NCBI GenBank assembly: GCA_030600555.1
Contig: JAUVLW010000001.1
Location: forward strand, 6,411-70,410
DNA from: Candidatus Aenigmatarchaeota archaeon
Lineage (GTDB): Archaea; Aenigmatarchaeota; Aenigmatarchaeia; QMZS01
Direction of reading: 5' to 3'
DNA length: 64,000 nt
Both the position numbers and the translations under genes were made by a program. How positions within the stretch are numbered: the stretch's first letter is position 1; each line of letters begins with the position of its first letter. The notes beneath the pieces were generated by a model. It saw only the letters and a list, made by a program, of their open reading frames with translations. It had not been told where the DNA came from and did not search any database. Of this stretch, positions 8,707 through 18,838 are shown in pieces.

Positions 8707-9930
8707 TCAAAATTCTCCGAGATTTTTCTGTTTATACTTGAAAAATTCAATTTCTTCGTTTTCCCCCAAAGGAAGGAGTTTTCCATATTCTCCGGCTCCT
8801 CCTGGAATCTGTTTAATTTCTTCTTTCCTGAAAGCCTCAATATATTCTCCGACTTTTAAATCAACTTTTTTTAATTCTTCTATCGGAGCGTCAATTAAAA
8901 CATTAATTTCATTTCCGAATTGCTGGACAAATTTATTCCATACTCCTGAAACTGTTTTTGAAGAGAATGTTTTAATGTTATAGACCGTTGCGATTATTTC
9001 TGTTAATGGATAGATGTGAACATATTTTACCCTGTCGGGATTTCCATCGCTGTCAGAGATTTCAAGTATTTTATCAACCACTCCTTTATTTATTATTCCC
9101 CCACATTCGCCGCATTTCCAATTTAGTTTTTTCGCGTCTTCAAGTTTGTAAAATCTTAGACAATTTTTGCATCTTGACAAATGATATTTTCCGTGTTCAG
9201 GATAAAACCCGCAGTTCATGGTTACTTTTCTCCCGTCTTTCTGGTGCAGGGCTTTTTTAAGTTCGTCGTAGGTAAGGTCTTTAATTTTGAGCCTGTTGAA
9301 TTCTCTTGCAATCCTTAATGGATAAGGCGAGTGAGCATCTGAGTTTGAAAGGAAAGTTAATTTGTGCAGTTCGGAAATTCTGTCCGCCATTTTCGAATCC
9401 GCGGAAAGACCAAGTTCAAGAAAAGAAACTTTGTCAGCGTATTTTCCGTAACATTCTTTTAGTGTGTTGAAATGCGCATACATCCCAAAGTAGGGAGTGA
9501 AAGCGTGGGCAGGTCCGAACATTCCGTCGCATTCAAGAACTTTCTCCGCAATTTCTTCACCCATTATTTTCAGCCACGGTCTGCCGTCAGCGTCAAGATT
9601 GTTTGAGTATTTTGAAAGTTTCTCTCTGAGTTCATCCGCCTTTGAGAAAGAAGGCAGCAAGATTACATGATGAACTCTTCCAAGAGCCTGCACCTCAGTC
9701 TGCAAGACAAATTTTGTCTCGCTGTTTTTGTAAGTGTAAATTCCGTCTCCTTTGAGTGTTTCTTTTAAGTGGGCAAGCCATTTGTTGTGTAAGCAGTCTC
9801 CGGTTCCAAGCAACTGAACCCCTTTCAGTTTTGCCTGTTCCGCAAGAATTGGAATTTCCATTTTTTCGGAAACAGCTCTTGCGTATTTTGAATGAATGTG
9901 CAAATCCGCGTTTATTTCAAAGAAGTCCAT
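8707..9930 (-). CDS. PHP-domain phosphoesterase with C-terminal zinc ribbon (endonuclease Q-like)
   Basis: N-terminal DLHIHSKYARAVS is the PHP His motif. The C-terminal CKNCLRFYKLEDAKKLNWKCGECGG zinc finger and the ~400 aa size fit the EndoQ architecture. Confidence 0.5.
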   Translation of the reverse strand: MDFFEINADLHIHSKYARAVSEKMEIPILAEQAKLKGVQLLGTGDCLHNKWLAHLKETLKGDGIYTYKNSETKFVLQTEVQALGRVHHVILLPSFSKADELREKLSKYSNNLDADGRPWLKIMGEEIAEKVLECDGMFGPAHAFTPYFGMYAHFNTLKECYGKYADKVSFLELGLSADSKMADRISELHKLTFLSNSDAHSPYPLRIAREFNRLKIKDLTYDELKKALHQKDGRKVTMNCGFYPEHGKYHLSRCKNCLRFYKLEDAKKLNWKCGECGGIINKGVVDKILEISDSDGNPDRVKYVHIYPLTEIIATVYNIKTFSSKTVSGVWNKFVQQFGNEINVLIDAPIEELKKVDLKVGEYIEAFRKEEIKQIPGGAGEYGKLLPLGENEEIEFFKYKQKNLGEF

Positions 9931-10102
9931 ATAAGGCTTTTCTTTTTAAAAAAGAAAAACCCTTAAGCCAAAAGAAAACAATTTTTTAATACAACAACAA
10001 TGAATTTGGTATAAGTTAATAAATATGTATATATATTATATTCTCCCCGGTATGGTTTCGGCAATGCCGGGATATTATTATTGTGTATTATTAAGTAATC
10101 TT

Positions 10103-10636
10103 ATGTCAGAGAGAGTAGTTATTTTTATAGATGGGAGTAATTTTTATCACGGGCTTAAAACCAATATTGGGGTTAAAGACATTAATTTCCTGAAGTTTGC
10201 GAGAAAACTTGCGCGAAAAAGGAAACTGGTAAGGGTATATTATTACAATGCCCCTCTTGATATAAACTGCGATAAAGAAAATTATTGGAAACAGCAGGAA
10301 TTTTTTGATAAACTAAGAAAACTTCCAAACTTTAAATTGGTGTTGGTGAGATTGCAGAAAAGAATTGTAAATGAAAAACCAATTTATACAATAAAAGGAG
10401 ATGATGTATATCTGGCAACCCACCTAATTGTTCTCGCCTACAATGATGCCTATGACACAGCGATTCTGGTTTCAGGTGATGCGGATTTTATCCCCGCAAT
10501 AAAAGCAGTCCAGGCAAAAGGAAAACAGGTGGATAATTATTATTTTAACAAAGGAGGTTCTTGGCATCTAAGACACGAATGCGATAATTCAGTGTTGATG
10601 GATGAGAAGTTCATGGAGGGATGTTTGGAAGTATGA
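10103..10636 (+). CDS. NYN-domain (LabA-like) ribonuclease
   Basis: VVIFIDGSNFYHGL ... ILVSGDADFIPAI is the NYN/LabA Asp motif pattern. The internal Met MSERVV is taken as the start. Confidence 0.65.
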   Translation: MSERVVIFIDGSNFYHGLKTNIGVKDINFLKFARKLARKRKLVRVYYYNAPLDINCDKENYWKQQEFFDKLRKLPNFKLVLVRLQKRIVNEKPIYTIKGDDVYLATHLIVLAYNDAYDTAILVSGDADFIPAIKAVQAKGKQVDNYYFNKGGSWHLRHECDNSVLMDEKFMEGCLEV

Positions 10637-10881
10637 AATCTAAAAAAGACAAAGTGGAAACTAAAAAATGTAGTTATGAATATATTCATTCAGGAATGTC
10701 ATGGAAGAAAATATTACATGATGTTTATATAAATGCACCACATTATCCTAATGAACCTAATAAGTTGAATTTTAGTGAGGATAAACATCCCATAGCAAAG
10801 AGATTAAAAATAAGTGGAGCTGAATTAGTGCAGGGGATTATTTTTTTTGGTAAAACAAAATTTAATAGAACAAACAAATAA
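10621..10881 (+). CDS. hypothetical protein
   Basis: 86 aa ORF with no recognisable motif. Confidence 0.3.
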   Translation: MFGSMKSKKDKVETKKCSYEYIHSGMSWKKILHDVYINAPHYPNEPNKLNFSEDKHPIAKRLKISGAELVQGIIFFGKTKFNRTNK

Positions 10882-11173
10882 GGGATTATTTGAATTAACA
10901 GAAAAAGGATTTGATGTTGCAAATAAAAATGAAAACCTTAAGGCAAATAAAGAATTTAATGGGTTGATAGTAATTGCAACAACCCTTATTGCTCTGATTA
11001 CTTTATTTAATTTTTTAGTTGAGGTTTTTTTAATGAGTCCTTCTGAGGACTTAAAAATAGTTCTTGTTATTATTCTAATTTTAGTTTCATTAATACTTAT
11101 TTCATTAATACTAAGACTTCTAACAAAATGGATTCCTTTATTATTTGGAAGAAAAAACGATTTATTTGATTAA
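10847..11173 (+). CDS. hypothetical membrane protein
   Basis: 108 aa: a soluble N-terminus followed by two TM helices. Confidence 0.35.
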   Translation: MVKQNLIEQTNKGLFELTEKGFDVANKNENLKANKEFNGLIVIATTLIALITLFNFLVEVFLMSPSEDLKIVLVIILILVSLILISLILRLLTKWIPLLFGRKNDLFD

Positions 11174-11198
11174 CTATTAAACCAACCAAACTATAATT

Positions 11199-11711
11199 AT
11201 GTGCCGAGGCTTCTACTGGATGTTAATTTTTATCCTAAGCATAATCACCACCAGTTTAGGAATTGGTATTTTCCTGGGTGGAACCGGAATTTATTTTGCT
11301 GGATTTACAATAACTATTTTCTTTCTATCTCTCGTTGCCATGAGTTACCTGAGTTATAGTTCAAGAATGATTCTCGAAGAGGGAAAGCAAAAAGTTAAAA
11401 ATCTCAGGGAAAATAAAAAAGACAACAAAGATGATCTTGAGCAACTTGAAATGAAATTGAAAGAACTGGAGAAATTGCCTCTTGCGGACAGAATCGCAAT
11501 GTTTTTCCCAGAGAGAACCGGGATGTTGGACAGGCACGAAATAAGAAGGGCTTTGATGATTACTTTCACTATTGTCTACTTGATTTTACTGTTCACGGAA
11601 AGCCCGATGATGGAATATATCAACTGGGTATATCTTTCAATGGTCTCATTCTACTTTGGTTCGCGGGGTATTGAGAAATATGCTGAAGCAAGAAACGCAG
11701 ATAAAAAATAA
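11199..11711 (+). CDS. hypothetical membrane protein with central coiled coil
   Basis: 170 aa: TM helices flanking a K/E-rich coiled-coil segment. Confidence 0.4.
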   Translation: MCRGFYWMLIFILSIITTSLGIGIFLGGTGIYFAGFTITIFFLSLVAMSYLSYSSRMILEEGKQKVKNLRENKKDNKDDLEQLEMKLKELEKLPLADRIAMFFPERTGMLDRHEIRRALMITFTIVYLILLFTESPMMEYINWVYLSMVSFYFGSRGIEKYAEARNADKK

Positions 11712-11799
11712 AAATCATATACTTTTTAAAATCTTCTATGAAAATATTATCTTGTTCTGGAAATCCCCGAGAATATTAATATAATTATTTAGTATTTTT

Positions 11800-12315
11800 A
11801 TGGCTCAATTTAATGAAAAATCCGGGACCGGATGTTGTCTAAGATTTAATCCAAGACCCTGGATGGATCAAAGAATTGTGTGGATGAATAAATTATTTAT
11901 TAAATACACTGTGAGAAGTCTGTTCCACATTCCGTGGAACTTAAAGAAAGTTTTGTCAGAGAAGAACGAGATAATTCAATTTGTAGGGGCTACTACACCG
12001 CAACCGCTAATACTTTCATATGAGAAGGCTTATCTAACTTCTGAAATTTACGTTGCTGTGAGTAGAGAAATTCTCGGGGAGGAAATGGTAAAATTATCAG
12101 GAACTTTTTTAACAAAAGTTTACGAAGGTTCTTCTAAAAATATGGGTGACTGGATTAAAGAGATGAAAAAATATGTAAAATCAAAAAATGAGGAGCTAGA
12201 AAGATTATATTTCTTTTTCACAACCTGTCCGGATTGCGCAAAAATATATGGCAAGAATTATGTTGTTTTCCTTGCTAAAATCAAGGAAGATCCAAACAAG
12301 AAAATTAAATTCTGA
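11800..12315 (+). CDS. hypothetical protein
   Basis: 171 aa ORF with clean codon structure. Confidence 0.4.
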   Translation: MAQFNEKSGTGCCLRFNPRPWMDQRIVWMNKLFIKYTVRSLFHIPWNLKKVLSEKNEIIQFVGATTPQPLILSYEKAYLTSEIYVAVSREILGEEMVKLSGTFLTKVYEGSSKNMGDWIKEMKKYVKSKNEELERLYFFFTTCPDCAKIYGKNYVVFLAKIKEDPNKKIKF

Positions 12316-12344
12316 TTAAGGATAATAACTTTCATTCCAAAAAT

Positions 12345-13094
12345 TTAATTAATCTTCCCGGTCTGCCAATCTCTTATAATTGTTTTTGCGGTTTTTGTAA
12401 TATCAGGTTCCCCACCTTTTCTTAGAATTCCTCTTTTTAACGCAATTTCCTTGATAGTTTCTTCTTTGTCTTTCTGAGTATCCACTCCGTAGAAATATTC
12501 AATCATGCCCGAGTATCGTTCCATTAATTTAATTACAACTATATCCGCTTCTCTTATCTGGTTGAAATCAATTGTTCCTATAAGCGCATGTTTTATATAA
12601 TCAGTTTCTGAATAAGGAATAACTCCGGGTGTGTCCATTAGCATTATCCTTTTGTGGATTCTTATCATCTGCAGATTCTTTGTGTACCCGCTGATTATGC
12701 TGGTCGGAGCTGATTTTTTCCCTTTCATTGCATTAATCAATGAAGATTTTCCAACATTTGGATAACCAAGAACCCCAACATTGATTGTATTGTAATTTTT
12801 TATTCCGGCTTTTTCGGCTTCGATTAAAATCCTGTCACGCAGAATTTTTGTTCCAAGATGTTTTTTTGCTGAGATAAAGACGCAGGGTTTTAGGTTTTTC
12901 TTGTATTTTTCAACAATATCTTTATCAACAAGGTCGCATTTGGTTATAACATAAATTAATGGTTTTTCGGAATCTTCTACTTTATCCTCCACTTCAGGAT
13001 TCATTGTTTCTTCCACAAGGCGGGCATCCAGCAATAATAGTAAAACATCTGACTCTTTTATTACTTTATCAACAAGTTTCCAGAATTTTCCCAT
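12345..13094 (-). CDS. circularly permuted GTPase (YlqF/RbgA/Nug1-like ribosome-biogenesis GTPase)
   Basis: G4 (ITKCDL) precedes G1 (GYPNVGKSSLIN) and G3 (DTPG), the cpGTPase order. 249 aa. Confidence 0.75.
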   Translation of the reverse strand: MGKFWKLVDKVIKESDVLLLLLDARLVEETMNPEVEDKVEDSEKPLIYVITKCDLVDKDIVEKYKKNLKPCVFISAKKHLGTKILRDRILIEAEKAGIKNYNTINVGVLGYPNVGKSSLINAMKGKKSAPTSIISGYTKNLQMIRIHKRIMLMDTPGVIPYSETDYIKHALIGTIDFNQIREADIVVIKLMERYSGMIEYFYGVDTQKDKEETIKEIALKRGILRKGGEPDITKTAKTIIRDWQTGKIN

Positions 13095-13114
13095 AATTAA
13101 ATTTAATTAAACTT

Positions 13115-13960
13115 TCAGTGTTTGTATTTATTAGAATACCACCTTAATATTGATGCATTTTGAATCCAGGTGTTTGGAAGGTCAACAATAAGGCAAATTA
13201 TCAGTACTGCAGCAAGTTGTCCGAATACAGATGAAAACCCGGTTATCAATAAAATCGAAATAAGCGCAACCATACTTGTTGCTGTCATTGTAAGTCCGGT
13301 TTTAAGGGCTTTTTTGTATTGTTCATCAAAACTCTTTCTTGATTTAAGGGTTCTTGTGGTAAGTAAAATATCTGTGTCAACTGAATAACCAAGGGACATT
13401 AAAAGAGCGGTAAAGGTGACTATGGATAAAGGTATTGAAAAAATATTCATAAAAAGCATTGTAATTACAATATCAGAGAATGCGCACAGGACAACTGCAA
13501 ATGATGGGATGACTGTTCTGAAAAGGAGAAATATTATAATAGCTATTGCGATGAAAGCAATAAATACAGCATAGAGTATTTCATTAAAAATCCCTGCGCT
13601 TAATTTAGGGTCTATTTTGCTGAGTTCATAACTGCTGATTTCCATGGTTGTGTTAATGTCTTTTATCAGCGCATCAACATTATCTTCAGAACATTCAACT
13701 GATAATTGGGTTTCAATTGCGCTTGTTGTTGTATAGGTATTAACATGATATTTGGTTTGAATTGTATCTCTCAAAGTGGATATTTCATTATAATTTGCGT
13801 CAGAGAATGAAAAAATAAGAAGGTTTCCACCTTCCAAATCGATACTCTTATCAATAAAACTACCCGTTGTCGCTTGTTTGTGCCCTAAAAAGGCAAGACT
13901 GATTAAAAGAAATGCCAGAGTAATATAGATAAGTTTGCTGTTCATAACCATTTTATTCAT
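13115..13960 (-). CDS. secF: protein-export membrane protein SecF-like
   Basis: N-terminal TM helix, an extracytoplasmic domain, then 5 TM helices with LMSLGYSVDTDILLTTR, a SecD/F-type segment. 281 aa. Confidence 0.55.
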   Translation of the reverse strand: MNKMVMNSKLIYITLAFLLISLAFLGHKQATTGSFIDKSIDLEGGNLLIFSFSDANYNEISTLRDTIQTKYHVNTYTTTSAIETQLSVECSEDNVDALIKDINTTMEISSYELSKIDPKLSAGIFNEILYAVFIAFIAIAIIIFLLFRTVIPSFAVVLCAFSDIVITMLFMNIFSIPLSIVTFTALLMSLGYSVDTDILLTTRTLKSRKSFDEQYKKALKTGLTMTATSMVALISILLITGFSSVFGQLAAVLIICLIVDLPNTWIQNASILRWYSNKYKH

Positions 13961-14059
13961 TAAATTAAATAAGGGGTTTTTATCCTTTATTCTGTAAAAG
14001 AAGGTTTTTAGTCTTTATTCTGTAAGATAAAGGTATTATTCTGAATTTTAGAAAAGAAG

Positions 14060-14539
14060 CTATGATTTAATAAATAGAGAAAATCCATTAACTCCGGCAA
14101 TAACCACAAAGGTCACAATCACCCCCGCAATTAACACACCAACAATATTTGCCTGAGAGAACTCTTTTCTTTTAAATCCGAGGAGGAAAGCCGCTAAAGC
14201 CCCGGTCCACACCCCTGAACCCGGGAGGGGAACTCCGATAAACAGGGCAAGACCAATTGTCCCGTATTTATCAACAGGTCCATGCATTTTTTTCTGAATC
14301 CTTTTTACGCATTTATTGTAGATTCTCTCAAGAATCTTTATTCTTAGTACATAAGGCAGAATTGTGTGAAGTGAATAAAAGATTATCTCGCCAAGAGCTA
14401 TATTTGCCAGAATAATAATAAAAAACGCAACTAAAGGATCCATTTCCAATACAACCAAAGCATAAGGGATTGAGGCTCTTAGTTCCAGTGTTGGCAAAAA
14501 GGTAAGCAAAATAACCCAGAATAAATTATAAGGTTCCAT
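14060..14539 (-). CDS. small membrane protein (putative small multidrug-export family)
   Basis: 159 aa with 4 TM helices. The pattern ELRASIPY...GVPLPGSGVWTGALAAFLLG resembles Pfam Sm_multidrug_ex. Confidence 0.45.
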   Translation of the reverse strand: MEPYNLFWVILLTFLPTLELRASIPYALVVLEMDPLVAFFIIILANIALGEIIFYSLHTILPYVLRIKILERIYNKCVKRIQKKMHGPVDKYGTIGLALFIGVPLPGSGVWTGALAAFLLGFKRKEFSQANIVGVLIAGVIVTFVVIAGVNGFSLFIKS

Positions 14540-14554
14540 TATTGTTAATTGAAA

Positions 14555-15599
14555 TTATAATGAATATTCCCAGATTCTTTTTTCTTTTGGAGTTCTTATG
14601 TTGGAGACTTCACCGCAAATATCTTTCAGAAATAATTTTTTTATCTTCTCCACATTATAATCAGGATAATTTCCCAAAATCCACATTAATTTAGTCATTG
14701 CGGTTTCGCTAATCATGTCATGACCTGGAATTGCTCCGGCATCCAAAGCCTTTTTGCCGCATTCATAAAGGTACATCCACGAGAAACCAATTGCGCACTG
14801 TGAAGACACAACAATTGGAATTCCTTTTTTCACAGCATTTTCTATTTCAGGCACAAGAGAATTTTCATCAATAGGAACATTACCCGCCCCAAAACCTTCC
14901 AAAATTATTCCTTTGTATCCAAGCTCTATTAAATTAGAGATTATTTTTGGATCGAATCCAGGCGTTATTTTTAGTACGCAGACTTTTTCCTCAAGTTTAT
15001 TAAAATATTTCAGTTCACTGTTTTCTTTTTTGAAATGTTCTCCTGTTAATCTAATATCATGTTCAATCACGCCCAATGGCAACATACCTATACTTTCAAA
15101 TGCTTCAAATTCCACTTCCCTGAATTTTTTGGTTCTGTTTCCTCTCAGAATCTTGCTGTTAAATACAATCATCACTTCGCATATATTTGTTTCTGTGGCA
15201 ATGCGAACTGAATCCAGAATATTTCTTTTTGAATCAGAACCCAGCATATGCGGAGGAACCTGTTAACACAATAGGTTTTGATAAATCCTGCAATAAGAAA
15301 GACAAGGCTGATGCGGTGTAATGCAGGGTATCAGTTCCATGAGTAATCACAAACCCATCATATTCAGAATAACTGTCTTTAATTGTTTTGGCGATTTCAA
15401 CCCAGTGTTTTGGCTGCATATTGGATGAGTCAATATTGAGTAAATCAATGGTATTAATATCCGCCAAATTCTTTATTTCAGGAATAAAATCCAGCAATTC
15501 AGTTTCATTGAATTCCCCGGGTCTCCAACTCCCGTTAACCATTTTGGCAGTAATTGTCCCTCCGGTTCCAATAAACAGAATTTTCTTCTTTTCCATCAT
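14555..15599 (-). pseudogene. ansA: L-asparaginase (type I) gene interrupted by a frameshift
   Basis: 15599..15234 encodes the N-domain (FIGTGGTITA, VITHGTDTL, PIVLTGS) and then hits a stop. The C-domain (SDSKRNILD..., GIILEGFGAGNVP) continues in a different frame from ~15247. Confidence 0.7.
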
Positions 15600-15735
15600 T
15601 AATATAGTTTATAAAATTTGATATTTTAATTTTGGTTTTATTCCCTTCAAAAAACCTATAATCTGCGAAATAACCTTTAATTATTAAATAACATCCAATC
15701 TCCGTGACTTTCAATAATAAATTATTAGGTAAATT

Positions 15736-16893
15736 ATGTACCCTGAATTAAATATCGGAATAGTCGGTCATGTTGACCATGGAAAAACAACTTTAGTGGA
15801 AGCCCTCACAGGAAAATGGGTGGATACTTTTTCAGAGGAAAAAAAGAGGGGGATAACCATCAGGTTAGGATACTCTGATTTTTCAATTTACAAATGCGAA
15901 AAATGCGGGAGATCCACAACAAACAAAAAGTGCGTTCATTGTTTTTCTGACTGCAAACATGAAAAAATATTTTCTTTAATTGATGCTCCTGGACACGAAA
16001 GTTTGATTCCAATTGTTCTTACCGGAGCCGCTTTATTTAATGCCGCAATTCTTGTGATTGCCGCAAATGAAAAATGTCCCCAGCCGCAAACTCTTGAACA
16101 TTTAAGAGCTCTGGAAATAGGAGAAATAAAAAATATTATAATTGTTCAGAATAAAGTTGACCTTGTGTCAAAGGAAGAATCCATAAAAAATTATAATGAG
16201 ATTAAAGAATTGATTAAAGGAACAATTGCTGAGAACTCAAAGATAATTCCAACTTCAGTGCAACAGGGAGTTGGGATAGAATATTTATTGGACGAACTTC
16301 TGAAACTAGAAAAACCAAATTATCCGGAAGGAGATTTTTTATTCCTTGTCGCAAGATCTTTTGACGCAAATAAACCCGGGATAAAACCCGAGAATCTGGT
16401 GGGCGGCGTAATCGGCGGAAGCGTAATAAGAGGCAAATTAAAAGAGGGAGAAGAACTAATAATAAAACCGGTTTCCATAAAAGGAAATTATGTTGAACTT
16501 GGAACAAAAATAAAAAAAATAATGCGGGATGAACTTGAAGTTGATGAAGCGACCTGCGGAGGTCTTGTTGCTTTACAGACAAGTTTTGATCCTTCAATGG
16601 CAAAGTCAGATAGACTTGCGGGATGTCTTGCAGGAACAAAAAACATGCCTGAAATTCTTTATGAAATTGAAACCGATTATAATTTATTCAAAGGCTATGA
16701 ACTTAAAACCGGAGATACTTTATTGGTTTATTGCAGGAACAGCAGAAGCACAGGAAGTATATCTTCAATAAATGATAAGAAACTAAAATTAAATTTAAAA
16801 CTGCCAATCTGCGCTGAGAAAAGAGCAAAGGTGAGTTATTCAAAACTTGTTGATGGGAAATGGCATCTGATAGGTTGGGGGAGGATAAATTAG
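15736..16893 (+). CDS. eif2g: translation initiation factor aIF2 gamma subunit
   Basis: GHVDHGKTTL G1 motif, the zinc-ribbon insertion CEKCGR...CVHC, and NKVDL G4. 385 aa. Confidence 0.9.
   Translation: MYPELNIGIVGHVDHGKTTLVEALTGKWVDTFSEEKKRGITIRLGYSDFSIYKCEKCGRSTTNKKCVHCFSDCKHEKIFSLIDAPGHESLIPIVLTGAALFNAAILVIAANEKCPQPQTLEHLRALEIGEIKNIIIVQNKVDLVSKEESIKNYNEIKELIKGTIAENSKIIPTSVQQGVGIEYLLDELLKLEKPNYPEGDFLFLVARSFDANKPGIKPENLVGGVIGGSVIRGKLKEGEELIIKPVSIKGNYVELGTKIKKIMRDELEVDEATCGGLVALQTSFDPSMAKSDRLAGCLAGTKNMPEILYEIETDYNLFKGYELKTGDTLLVYCRNSRSTGSISSINDKKLKLNLKLPICAEKRAKVSYSKLVDGKWHLIGWGRIN
16826..16893 (+). repeat. direct repeat copy A (3' end of aIF2-gamma gene)
   Basis: ~85% identical to 18839..18907 (attcaaaacttgttga.gggaaatggcatctgatag.tt.ggg..ag.at.aatta). 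Confidence 0.6.
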
Positions 16894-16959
16894 GTTGGGA
16901 CTTTTGTTGTATTTAATATAATTTCCATTGTTAGGAAGAATTGAATAATCTTATTGGTT

Positions 16960-17712
16960 TTAATTTACTTGTTCATGAGATTTCAAATATTCCTCTATTT
17001 GTTTATTCGTTTCTTTTAGATCATCTAATTTAAGCAATTCTATAATTATCTTTTTTATTTTATTTAAATCCAATTTATTTAAAACATTTTTCCAATCAAG
17101 CTTGCTTTTGTTCAACCCCAAATGTCCTTTTTCCCCATCATATCCGCTTGCATGAATATAAATAACTCTTTTTCTTACTTTTCTTAAAAATTCTTCTAAA
17201 TCCATATTCAATGTTTTATTCATTACAGCCATCCCCAAGTGGCACAAATCCAAGTTAACTTTTAATTGAGGAAGTTTCTCCAAATTATATAAAACATTCT
17301 TGCCATTGAAATTCTCATTTACTTCATAAAGAAATTCTACTTTGTTTTTTTTCGAATATTTCAATAGTCCGGAAAGGAGTTTTATTTCTTGGGCTGTTAA
17401 TTTATTTTGTTTTAGATGAACAATCAGTTCTTTGCAACCTAAATACTTGCATGCAAGAATTTCTGCCTTCAAAATATTTATTTCCATTTCCTGCAGGGTC
17501 TTTTCTTTGTAGGTGAAGACCATCGTTGTTTGGGTGTGCATACTCAAATTTTTTCCTTTCAACTTTTGTTTAATTATATCTAAATTCTTTTTTTTAAAAC
17601 CAAAATTCTTATCACTGCTAATAATTTCTGAAACATCCATATCAATTTTTTTAGGATCTTCATAAAAAATATCCCAGGTTTTAAGTCCAATTTTTGTTTT
17701 TACTTTTTTCAT
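16960..17712 (-). CDS. xylose-isomerase-like TIM-barrel protein (sugar phosphate isomerase/epimerase family)
   Basis: 250 aa with CKELIVHL and IHASGYDG...GHLGL segments resembling AP-endonuclease-2/xylose-isomerase TIM barrels. Confidence 0.4.
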   Translation of the reverse strand: MKKVKTKIGLKTWDIFYEDPKKIDMDVSEIISSDKNFGFKKKNLDIIKQKLKGKNLSMHTQTTMVFTYKEKTLQEMEINILKAEILACKYLGCKELIVHLKQNKLTAQEIKLLSGLLKYSKKNKVEFLYEVNENFNGKNVLYNLEKLPQLKVNLDLCHLGMAVMNKTLNMDLEEFLRKVRKRVIYIHASGYDGEKGHLGLNKSKLDWKNVLNKLDLNKIKKIIIELLKLDDLKETNKQIEEYLKSHEQVN

Positions 17713-17766
17713 AATTAGTATTGTTCCTGTTTTATATATTGTTTGTTGTATTTTTTCCTGAAAATG

Positions 17767-18687
17767 TTATGGAAGATTTTTCCCCGATTCTTTACGGGTT
17801 GTTGCTTCCTTTTTTTTATCAAGCAAAGAATTAAATAAGATATTCGCTACGTTTTTTCCAGAGAGTTCTTTATACAATAAGATATTTGGGTTTATACTAA
17901 TGTCAATAGCGTAATATTCTCCTTCTTTTTCTATGAAATCAACTTCACAACATAAAGATCCAACTTCTTTAGCAACCCGTTTCCCAATTTCACACAGTTC
18001 ATCTGAAGGTGTGAGAAATGTTCTTCTTTGAGCTACATTGCTTCTATCTTCTCCTTCTTTTGGAGTTTCTTCTATACCTATTACTTCTTTACCAATTACA
18101 AGAAGTTTAGTGACTTTACCTTCTATTACTTCTTGTATATAAAAAGGCTTCGATGCGCTATGCATGCTATCTATTATTGCATTTGCTGTAGACGAGTTTT
18201 TTATTACCATAATGCCATTTCCGCCATGAATATCAGAGAGTTTAAAAACAATTTTGTCAAGTTCGCTTACAATATTTTTGCTTACTTCTGGCGACAGGGT
18301 CAAATAAGTCTTTGGGTATTTTACTTTTGCTCTATCAAATACCTTTGCTAAAAGTGCTCTATTGGACGAATAAAGAGCAGCCTTTGGTTCATGAGTTAAA
18401 ATTACTTTTTTGTTTTGCAGAATATTTGATACTAAGTAACTAAATGGAAATTTATCGCAGGGAACATGCAGGATACAAAGATTATAGTTTGCGATATTTT
18501 TATCTTTATACATTACTTTTTCATTTCCTTCTATATAAAGTTTTGGAAGTGTTACTAAAACACTATTTGATATTCCTTTAAATTTTTTAGATTCTTCATA
18601 AAGATAGATGGCTGATTTATCATCCTTATTGCTAATTATGCAAAGTTCCACATCATCATTTTTTAACTTATCTATACCTTTTATCAT
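17767..18687 (-). CDS. ATP-grasp family ligase (RimK/glutamate-ligase-like)
   Basis: IMVIKNSS...PFYIQEVIEG...EVDFIEKEGEYYAIDISINPN is the ATP-grasp fold pattern. Confidence 0.55.
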   Translation of the reverse strand: MIKGIDKLKNDDVELCIISNKDDKSAIYLYEESKKFKGISNSVLVTLPKLYIEGNEKVMYKDKNIANYNLCILHVPCDKFPFSYLVSNILQNKKVILTHEPKAALYSSNRALLAKVFDRAKVKYPKTYLTLSPEVSKNIVSELDKIVFKLSDIHGGNGIMVIKNSSTANAIIDSMHSASKPFYIQEVIEGKVTKLLVIGKEVIGIEETPKEGEDRSNVAQRRTFLTPSDELCEIGKRVAKEVGSLCCEVDFIEKEGEYYAIDISINPNILLYKELSGKNVANILFNSLLDKKKEATTRKESGKNLP

Positions 18688-18838
18688 ATAAGTTATTGGA
18701 TTTAAATAAGATATTCACTTCATTTTATATATTTGTGTATATAAATAAACATATAAAGTTATTTTTTGTTAAATAGAAAATTATTGGTTTTTTGGAATAT
18801 AATATACAACGGCTAAAATTCAGAATAATAATAAGAAT

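Noticed and set aside
16214-16639. 141 aa ORF antisense within the aIF2-gamma gene. This also covers similar antisense ORFs at 2446..2673, 8738..9260, 38274..39227, 47832..48287 and 51711..52148.
   Set aside because: They are embedded in and opposite to well-supported genes, have odd composition, and no motifs. They are typical spurious frames in AT-rich DNA.
16894-18838. Intact mobile element (integrase or transposase) in the repeat-flanked insertion.
   Set aside because: Neither inserted gene resembles a recombinase. Only the direct repeats support an insertion, so it is called a remnant or cargo module and not a mobile_element feature.
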